This document shows positions 17,233-24,151 of a DNA stretch of 33,753 nucleotides, piece by piece. Each line of letters starts with the position of its first letter. The first letter of the stretch is position 1. The notes below the pieces were generated by a model. It was not told the DNA's origin and did not search any database. It saw nothing but the letters and a program-made list of their open reading frames with translations. This DNA is from Planctomycetota bacterium. Its GTDB lineage: Bacteria; Planctomycetota; Phycisphaerae; Sedimentisphaerales; Anaerobacaceae. A program made the translations under genes and the position numbers. The stretch covers positions 2,569,383-2,603,135 of the forward strand of contig CP070830.1 in assembly GCA_020344865.1 (NCBI GenBank). Reading direction: 5' to 3'.

Positions 17233-19281
17233 TCACTGGCCCTTCTTGCCGCTCTGGGCCAATGCCGCGGCTATGTTGTTTTTGACTTTCGGCTGGTCGG
17301 GCTTGATTTTCAAAGATTCATTCCAATATTTAAGGGCTTCATCGAGTTTGCCCAGTCGGTAAAAGGCGCTGCCCAGTTTGTTAAGAATAAGGTGCGGCTT
17401 TCCGGCATTAAGTTTAAGTGATTCAGTCCAGTGCTCGATGGCCTCATCAAATTTGCCAAGCCGGTAAAAGGCATTGGCGATTCTGACATGTATGTCAAGC
17501 TGATTGCGCTTTAGTCTCAGCGATTCGGCAAAATGTTCGACGGCCCGGTCAAGCCTGCCCTGCTTTGCCATCAGCAGACCAAGATTATTATGCGAAACGA
17601 TCTGGTACGGGTCAATCCGCAGTGATTCGGTGAGCTGTTCAATGGCCCGGCCGTACTCGCCCTGTCTGGCGAAAATCACACTCAAGTTATTGTGCAGGTC
17701 CGACTGATTCGGATTTAGCCTGAGGCTCTCGAGCATGTAGGCCTTTGCATTTTCGTCATCATCCTCTCCGAAGGCAATCTTACCGAGGATGCGATAAATC
17801 TCAGAAGAATTGGGGCGCTGTTCAAGCAATTGCCTGCACAAACTCTTGGCCTCGGAATTCTTCTTTTGGCCAATAAGTTTCTGCACCTGCGTATTCGCAA
17901 GATGGAAGGCAATCAAATCCTTGGGGTCTTCTTTGCTCTGGTCAAACTCGAAGTCCTCGGCCACCGCGCCGCCGATGTAGCCGAGCGATTCGAGGCGCTT
18001 TCTCGTCTGCTCGTCCGAGGCGGCTTTGCTGTCGGCTGCATGCCGACTGACTGTCTGTTCCAAGATTTGTTTTAAGCGGTCCTGCAGGACGCGGGCCCGC
18101 TGAGGCTGCTGTTGTATTAAGTTGTTGGCCTCTTGTGGGTCTTGAATAAGGTCGTACAACTCGGGGCGGGTGGTCTGAATGTATTTGAAGCGGTCGGTAA
18201 CAACACCGAGAAGGGTATTGGCGTTGTATTTCGTGGCGTAAAGGGACTCGGTGTAGATGTATCTGTCATTTTGCGAAAGTGGTCTTCGGGTAAAACAGGC
18301 GGACAGGTCCTGTCCCTGTACGGCCTCGGGCGGTTGAATGCCCAGCAGGCCGCAGACAGTCGGCACAATATCGATTAAGCCAACCAGGCCTTTTATGATT
18401 TTAGCTTTGCGCTGTCCGGGTAGCTTAAAGAGCAAAGGGACTTTGATAGCACTTTGGTAAATGAAATAGCCGTGGTCCTCTTCGCCGTGCTCTCCGAGCA
18501 TCTCACCGTGGTCGCCGGTAATAATAATAAGGGTCGAATCGTAGAGGTTGAGCTCTTTGAGCTTGTCAATGACCCGGCCAATGCAATAATCTGTGTAGGC
18601 GATTTCCCCGGCATACAGGTCATCCGCGAACCTCGAGGCAAAAGGCTCAGGGGGGACGTAATCGGTATGCGGGTCGTAATAATGCAAAAAGAGGAAGAAT
18701 CTTTCGGTCTTGTGTCGGTCGAGCCATTCGATAGCGAAACGGGTGGCTTCGCCGCCTTTTCGCTCAGAAATTGTACCGGCCATGTACGGCCGCTCAAAGC
18801 GGTCGTTAAAGCTGTCAAAGCCCTGGTTTACGCCAAACTGCGAATCGAGAACAAAAGCGCTGATGATGGCTCCGGTGACAAAACCGTAGTCCTTTAGTAT
18901 TTCAGCAATGGTAACGTTGTAATCGCCGAGCCGATATCCAAGGTTGTCATGCATACCGTGATAAGGGGGGATAGTGCCGGTGAGCATGGAGCCGTGGGCG
19001 GGCAGCGTCAAAGGAACGGAAGAGATGACATTCTCAAAGAGAACGCTGCGGGCGGCGACGGCATCTATATTAGGGGTGGTGTCGCGGCGAAAGCCGTAGC
19101 AACCGAGATAGTCGGCCCGGCAGGTGTCGATACTGACAAGGACGATACTGCGAACATCTCCCGGCACAAAACCCGAGCGAAGGAGCAGCCACCCCCCTAC
19201 CGCGACCACCAGCAGCAATGCCAGCGATACCCAGAGCGGCCGCATATTCGCTGCTCCGGACGATTTTAGTCTCTGAACCAT
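17233..19281 (-). CDS. Sulfatase-fold (alkaline phosphatase superfamily) hydrolase/transferase fused to a C-terminal TPR array
   Basis: 682 aa with an N-terminal TM/signal anchor. The sulfatase-family N-terminal metal site is VLVSIDTCRADYLGCYG, and later motifs are LHYYDPHTDY and ITGDHGEMLGEHG. The C-terminal ~230 aa are TPR repeats (AIEHWTESLKLNA, ALKYWNESLKIKPD). Confidence 0.8.
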   Translation of the reverse strand: MVQRLKSSGAANMRPLWVSLALLLVVAVGGWLLLRSGFVPGDVRSIVLVSIDTCRADYLGCYGFRRDTTPNIDAVAARSVLFENVISSVPLTLPAHGSMLTGTIPPYHGMHDNLGYRLGDYNVTIAEILKDYGFVTGAIISAFVLDSQFGVNQGFDSFNDRFERPYMAGTISERKGGEATRFAIEWLDRHKTERFFLFLHYYDPHTDYVPPEPFASRFADDLYAGEIAYTDYCIGRVIDKLKELNLYDSTLIIITGDHGEMLGEHGEEDHGYFIYQSAIKVPLLFKLPGQRKAKIIKGLVGLIDIVPTVCGLLGIQPPEAVQGQDLSACFTRRPLSQNDRYIYTESLYATKYNANTLLGVVTDRFKYIQTTRPELYDLIQDPQEANNLIQQQPQRARVLQDRLKQILEQTVSRHAADSKAASDEQTRKRLESLGYIGGAVAEDFEFDQSKEDPKDLIAFHLANTQVQKLIGQKKNSEAKSLCRQLLEQRPNSSEIYRILGKIAFGEDDDENAKAYMLESLRLNPNQSDLHNNLSVIFARQGEYGRAIEQLTESLRIDPYQIVSHNNLGLLMAKQGRLDRAVEHFAESLRLKRNQLDIHVRIANAFYRLGKFDEAIEHWTESLKLNAGKPHLILNKLGSAFYRLGKLDEALKYWNESLKIKPDQPKVKNNIAAALAQSGKKGQ

Positions 19282-19425
19282 AAGGCTTATGGTAGCTTAA
19301 TCCACACAAACGTCAAATCCAAACCCCGACAGTTGGTTGCGCTACATCTCAGTTCGAAAAAGAATTTAGCCCCCCCTTAGCGGTGCGAAAGCGGGGAAGG
19401 AAAAGGGATTAAACAGCACTTGGGG

Positions 19426-21300
19426 TTAATCGGCGGCGGGCAGGTCATCGAGATTTTTTCTGACCTGCTCGGTACAGATGCTGTCAGGATAGAGGCTCAG
19501 AAAGCTGGTGAGGGTATCTCTGGCATCTGCGAGATACTTTTTCTTCTGCTGGAGATTCGAATCGTTCTGCCGGCGCCATAAATGAATCTTCAGTAGCGCC
19601 AGCTCGTACAACGCCTGCATCCCGCCATCGGTATTTTGGAACCGGCCGTGCAGGAGGGCCAGCCTTTCGGCCCGCAGCTGGTCATCGGCAATAAGCTTCG
19701 TCTGAGCCAATAAGATGTTGTCACGTAGGGGGTCGTTGTCCGCAGTCTGCTGGAGCAGTCCTTCAAGGCGCTGGGCGTAATCCGGGGTGTGGGGATTCAT
19801 CATAACAAACTCGGCGAGACGCTTGGCGGAGGCGGGCTTTTCGGTGCGATTTTCCGAGCTTATGAGGGCGCGCAACTGACTTAACTTCCTTTGCAAATCG
19901 GCCAGTTTGAAGGCCGTCATAACGGAATCAACCGGCGGTCGAAACAGGCTGAAAAGAGTTTCGTCCCGGCCGGGTTCTTCATCGAGCAGCTTCAACCGTT
20001 CGGCGAGCCTGCCTTGCGCCTCTGCGAGAAGCTGGTCGGCCTGCTCAAATCTACCCTGCCCGGCCCAATGCCTGGCTATGCGCCATCGCGCCTCCAGAGA
20101 TTCCGGGCTGTCACCGAATTCCCGGTACAGGCGGTACCATATCTCCCGCGAACGTTCGTGAGGGTAATCGCTGGAAAAATGCAGCACCTCTCTGCCACCA
20201 AGCATCTGCGTCTCGGGACTATATTCGCTCAAGAGCGCCTTACAGTATAGGGCCATGGGCATTCGCGGAGTCCTCGACCGGCGGCTTATAAACAGGTCGT
20301 ACTGTTCGAAGAGCCATTGTCTCTTTGCCTGGAACTTGAGCTCGTCGGGCACTATGAACCAGCTCGGCCAGCGGCCGTTACTTAACTGAATCTGGATTTC
20401 CTTCTTCAAAGCCGCACGCAGCGGTATTGGTTCGGTGGGATAAAAGAAACCGGCCAGATATCTCCTGACGGCGACGTTCTCGAGCGTTTCGTCGAGGGCC
20501 TCGGTTATGCTGTGGTCGTGAAACTCTATTATCTGTTCAGGGTTATTCTTGGCGACGTAGAGCTGATAGTCCAGCTCTGCAAAACCAATCTGCGTCTCAA
20601 AGACAACAACAGCCATCACAAGAACGAGGCAGGTAAACGCCCAGACGAGGCCCGGCCGATAGCGGGTAAAATGACCTATGCCAAGGACCAGACCGGCCAC
20701 AGCCAGGCCGACAAGCCACGCGCAAATCCACGGCGTAAAAGAAAATCCCCACTTAACGGGTTCGACTCCCCTGGCACTTCCGAAATACGCCCAATAAAGA
20801 AGCTGCGGGGCGGTGCACAGCGCTATGGCGGCGAATCGGGAGCGAAAGCGCAGCGGCCGGCATGCGGCGGCAACACAGCTTACCAAGAGACATACCGCGA
20901 AGCCCGGGAGGTTGGCCAGGAAAGCGACCGAAAGTATAAAAGGCAGGCTGTAGGCGAAACTCAGAAGCTGTGATATCAGCACCGGAACGATGGCGAGAAT
21001 ACCCATAAGCAGCCCCAGGACAAGAATCTGCCAGGGATACTCGAATATGGTGACACCGCTTAAGACAAACTGGTCCAAATGCCAGAATTCGGCGGAAGTT
21101 ACAGAGCTGAAACTGAACGACCAAAACGACCCGGCAAGTATCTTCGACCAGAAAAGGCAGGTCGTTGCAAAGGCCACAACGGCAAGCAGCCAGCACCTTT
21201 GAACATTCTTATGGCTGTAGTGCAGGGTCGGGCCTACAGCCATAAAAGACTTCGGGACTACCCTGGGTGCCTTTTCGGCCTCTATGTTATCCATAGACAT
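19426..21300 (-). CDS. Polytopic membrane protein with a helical-repeat (TPR-like) C-terminal domain, function unknown
   Basis: About 8 hydrophobic helices occupy the first ~250 aa (for example LLAVVAFATTCLFW, ILVLGLLMGILAIVPVLISQLL, ICAWLVGLAVAGLVLGIG). An alpha-helical soluble region of ~370 aa follows. The start is uncertain: ATG at 21300 (MSMDNIEAEK) is preferred over the TTG at 21345 used by the ORF track. Confidence 0.6.
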   Translation of the reverse strand: MSMDNIEAEKAPRVVPKSFMAVGPTLHYSHKNVQRCWLLAVVAFATTCLFWSKILAGSFWSFSFSSVTSAEFWHLDQFVLSGVTIFEYPWQILVLGLLMGILAIVPVLISQLLSFAYSLPFILSVAFLANLPGFAVCLLVSCVAAACRPLRFRSRFAAIALCTAPQLLYWAYFGSARGVEPVKWGFSFTPWICAWLVGLAVAGLVLGIGHFTRYRPGLVWAFTCLVLVMAVVVFETQIGFAELDYQLYVAKNNPEQIIEFHDHSITEALDETLENVAVRRYLAGFFYPTEPIPLRAALKKEIQIQLSNGRWPSWFIVPDELKFQAKRQWLFEQYDLFISRRSRTPRMPMALYCKALLSEYSPETQMLGGREVLHFSSDYPHERSREIWYRLYREFGDSPESLEARWRIARHWAGQGRFEQADQLLAEAQGRLAERLKLLDEEPGRDETLFSLFRPPVDSVMTAFKLADLQRKLSQLRALISSENRTEKPASAKRLAEFVMMNPHTPDYAQRLEGLLQQTADNDPLRDNILLAQTKLIADDQLRAERLALLHGRFQNTDGGMQALYELALLKIHLWRRQNDSNLQQKKKYLADARDTLTSFLSLYPDSICTEQVRKNLDDLPAAD

Positions 21301-21372
21301 CAATCTCGCATTTCGTTTTGGCGCGTCGCACGATGCCGTCGGCAAAGATGCGCTAAACGAGATGCGAGCTCA

Positions 21373-22632
21373 TCAGGTCCCTTCCCCGCTGGTGGCAAGA
21401 TACTCAATCTGCTCCGGCGTAAGTTTGTCTATGTCGATGCCCATTGATTTTAGTTTGAGCTTGCACACCCGCTGCTCTATCTCCATGGGGACATCGTGAA
21501 CCGCTACAGCAAGCTTGCTGCGTCTTTTCAACACATATTCAGCCTCCAGCGCCTGCGTGGCGAAGCTCATATCCATCACACTCGCGGGGTGGCCCTCGGC
21601 GGCCGCAAGATTAATCAACCGACCCTCGGCCAAAAGACAGATGCGCTTGCCGTTGCTCAAGACATACTCATCGACGTAATTGCGAACACCGCGGTTGACC
21701 TTTTTGCTTATCTTTTTCAGGGCCGGTATATCTATCTCAACGTTGAAGTGACCGCTGTTTGCAACAACGGCCCTGTCTTTCATCGCACGGAAGTGCTCGG
21801 CACGTATGACGTTCTTGTTACCGGTAAGGGTTACGAACAAATCCCCAACCCTTGCCGCCTGTCCCATCGGCATAACGTCAAAGCCGTCCATAGCCGCCTC
21901 AATCGCCTTGATTGCGTCAACTTCGGTAACTATAACGATAGCGCCCATCCCTCTGGCCCGCATAGCAAAGCCCCTACCACACCAGCCGTAGCCGGCCACG
22001 ACAACTTTGTTGCCCGCCATAAGAAAATCGGTGGCTCTAATAATACCATCAACAGTTGACTGGCCCGTGCCATAGCGATTATCGAAGAGGTGTTTACTGG
22101 CGGCATCATTTACCGCGATAACCGGAAATTTCAGTTTACCCGCATTCGCCATCGCCCGCAGACGAATAACGCCGGTTGTCGTCTCCTCCATACTGGCGAT
22201 AATCCGGCCGGCTTCTTTCTTTCTGGTCGTATGCAGCTCATTTACCAAGTCCGCTCCATCATCAAACGTAATAACCGGCTTATGGTCAATCGCCGCGTAG
22301 ATGTGTTTGTAATACGTGCTGCGATTCTCACCACAGACGGCAAAGACGGGTATGCCAAAATCCTTCACAAGAGAAGCGGCCACATCATCCTGCGTGCTGA
22401 GAGGATTGGATGCGCACAGAACGGCATTCGCCCCCCCTGCTTTCAGCGTCCTGGCCAGATTCGCCGTCTCGGCGGTTATGTGCAGGCAGGCAGAGACGTT
22501 CATCCCCTTCAAAGGCTTCGACTTCGAGAAGCGCTTGCGTATCGCCGCCAGCACAGGCATATCATTATCAGCCCACAGTATCCGCTTCTTGCCCCCTGCC
22601 GCCAAGGATAAATTAGCCACGTCTTTCTTCAT
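21373..22632 (-). CDS. ahcY: Adenosylhomocysteinase (short, ~420 aa type)
   Basis: 419 aa. AhcY signatures are SCLHITAETANL-like (VSACLHITAETANLARTL), DDGADLV, and the NAD-binding motif VVVAGYGWCGRGFAMRARGMGA, plus NSGHFNVEID and LLAEGRLINLAAAEGHP. Confidence 0.95.
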   Translation of the reverse strand: MKKDVANLSLAAGGKKRILWADNDMPVLAAIRKRFSKSKPLKGMNVSACLHITAETANLARTLKAGGANAVLCASNPLSTQDDVAASLVKDFGIPVFAVCGENRSTYYKHIYAAIDHKPVITFDDGADLVNELHTTRKKEAGRIIASMEETTTGVIRLRAMANAGKLKFPVIAVNDAASKHLFDNRYGTGQSTVDGIIRATDFLMAGNKVVVAGYGWCGRGFAMRARGMGAIVIVTEVDAIKAIEAAMDGFDVMPMGQAARVGDLFVTLTGNKNVIRAEHFRAMKDRAVVANSGHFNVEIDIPALKKISKKVNRGVRNYVDEYVLSNGKRICLLAEGRLINLAAAEGHPASVMDMSFATQALEAEYVLKRRSKLAVAVHDVPMEIEQRVCKLKLKSMGIDIDKLTPEQIEYLATSGEGT

Positions 22633-22666
22633 TCACTAACCCTTTCTAAAATCAGCCGAAACGGCG

Positions 22667-22695
22667 AGTATAAGAAAAAAAGCCGAAATTTGCAA
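22667..22695 (-). promoter_or_regulatory. Candidate sigma70-type promoter for ahcY
   Basis: On the minus strand: TTGCAA (22695-22690), a 17-nt spacer, then TATACT (22672-22667). This sits ~35 nt upstream of the ATG, with an AAAGGG Shine-Dalgarno-like element between. Confidence 0.45.
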
Positions 22696-22961
22696 CACCT
22701 TTATCCCCCAAATACGGGCTCGACCCCGTCCCTGCAGGTTTAGCTTGGCGCCTCTTTTTTCCATCTGGCCGCCTGCCTGTGCTCCCTGAAGACAACAGGC
22801 GGCTCTTAGTCGAGGCGTAATTTGTACTGACGCCTCACCTTATTTCCAAACCCTCTTTTTAGCCCAAAAACCCGGCTTATCGCCTATTTTGCACGAAAAA
22901 TCCGCCTTCCCGCCTGCAGACCCACACCCATAAAAAACGTTTTTTTTTATTGACAAAACGC

Positions 22962-22990
22962 TTGACAGAAATCATAGCCAAGGGTAAAAT
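22962..22990 (+). promoter_or_regulatory. Near-consensus sigma70-type promoter for the pseudopilin gene
   Basis: TTGACA (22962-22967), an exact 17-nt spacer, then TAAAAT (22985-22990). It is preceded by an A/T-rich tract (aaaaaacgttttttttta) and a second TTGACA at 22950-22955. Confidence 0.5.
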
Positions 22991-23074
22991 GGAGAAAATT
23001 CGGGAAATGTAAGGCTGGCTGTGGGTAGCCTAAAAGGCGGGGCTTGTAGTCTAGCCGGTAGTGAGGAGTTAAGG

Positions 23075-23944
23075 ATGCGCTGGAGAAAAGGCTTTTCCTT
23101 AGTGGAATTGCTAGTGGTGGTATCGACCATTGCGCTTCTCATGTCAGTACTGTTGCCTGCACTGATGCGGACAAGGCGGCAGGCGCAGAACGTCATCGGC
23201 CAATCCAATTTGAAACAATGGGGCGCCTGTTATTCGATGTATGCCAACGATTGGGAAGGTTCCGCCCCCAGAGGCTGGTGGCAGAACAGTGCGAGCGGTC
23301 TGCAGGTGAAACACACTGATTATTGGATGGAGGCACTGCGGCCATACTACGGCAACGAGCACCATCTGCGCTGCTGCCCAAGGGCCATAAAGCCCGGCTC
23401 CGAATTACGACCAGGATACTATACGGGACAGTTGGGCGCGCTTGTAGGTTGGGGCACATTTCCAGGCGAGCCTGGGAAGCCCTCGAGTTGGTGGCCATCC
23501 GTGACGGCGGGTGATTACGGCAGTTACGGAATGAACGCCTGGATTTGCAACCCACCGGCCGACGCACCAAGGTTTCAGAACCATAATGTAGCTAAGAACA
23601 ACTGGAGGAATTTTATCATCAAAGGCGCATCTCAGATACCTTTGCTTGGTGACGAGCAGTGGATTGATTGCTGGCCGGAGGTAGAAGATCCAGTTCCGCC
23701 ATGTGATGGCGAGCCATGGGGACCTTATGCGAATTATGGCCACATGGTACGCGTATGCCTGAACCGCCACGATGGCTACGCAAACTGGGTTTTTATGGAC
23801 TATTCTGTCAAGTCAGTGGGCCTAAAGGGGTTGTGGAAGCTTAAGTGGCATCGGAACTATGACGTTGACCTGGTACCGCCGGAGGAGGAATTCAACACGG
23901 CCGGTGATGGCTGGATGAGAAAGTTCACAGACGAATTAAAATAA
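23075..23944 (+). CDS. Prepilin-type N-terminal cleavage/methylation domain protein (type II secretion/type IV pilin-like pseudopilin) with an H-X9-DG-like C-terminal motif
   Basis: The start was moved to ATG 23075, which has GAGGAG 7 nt upstream. The N-terminus is MRWRKG|FSLVELLVVVSTIALLMSVLLPAL, a class III signal with G-1, F+1 and E+5. The C-terminal segment is NRHDGYANWVFMDYS, which reads H-X9-DY. Confidence 0.85.
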   Translation: MRWRKGFSLVELLVVVSTIALLMSVLLPALMRTRRQAQNVIGQSNLKQWGACYSMYANDWEGSAPRGWWQNSASGLQVKHTDYWMEALRPYYGNEHHLRCCPRAIKPGSELRPGYYTGQLGALVGWGTFPGEPGKPSSWWPSVTAGDYGSYGMNAWICNPPADAPRFQNHNVAKNNWRNFIIKGASQIPLLGDEQWIDCWPEVEDPVPPCDGEPWGPYANYGHMVRVCLNRHDGYANWVFMDYSVKSVGLKGLWKLKWHRNYDVDLVPPEEEFNTAGDGWMRKFTDELK

Positions 23945-24151
23945 CCACCGCACAAAAAGAGCAGCTGAATCCAAAAAAACACCTCACTCATTTAAACGTA
24001 ACTGCCACCAGTGGTTTCATATCCTGACCAACATTTCATACTCACGATACGCACGACCCACAGTTAAAGTTAAAGACAAATTCTATTGTAAGCCATTTAG
24101 ATGCAAATTATATTAGCGGCATCTGTATGGTCAAATAAGGAGCAAGTTATA

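Noticed and set aside
17240-17720. DNA similarity with a ~102-bp period (for example catcgagtttgcccagtcggtaaaaggc versus catcaaatttgccaagccggtaaaaggc)
   Set aside because: The similarity is explained by adjacent 34-residue TPR units of the sulfatase-fold/TPR protein (LGKLDEALKYW versus LGKFDEAIEHW). This is a coding-level duplication, not an independent repeat element.
21496-22639. Plus-strand ORFs (21496-22059, 22090-22611, 22316-22639) opposite ahcY
   Set aside because: They are nested antisense to a gene with unmistakable AhcY motifs, and their translations lack motifs.
22633-22960. SAH (S-adenosylhomocysteine) riboswitch upstream of ahcY
   Set aside because: I reverse-complemented the leader and looked for the conserved SAH-riboswitch cores (AGGAGCGCUGC and CAACGGCGCUCA-type segments with an AGGCUC pseudoknot). 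Neither is present. In addition, the best promoter match sits only ~35 nt from the ATG, which leaves no room for an aptamer in that transcript. An Infernal scan is needed for certainty.
23021-23074. The GTG start at 23021 given by the ORF track for the pseudopilin
   Set aside because: It would add 18 residues in front of the class III signal peptide. The ATG at 23075 has a GAGGAG Shine-Dalgarno sequence at correct spacing and yields the normal short basic leader (MRWRKG|F).
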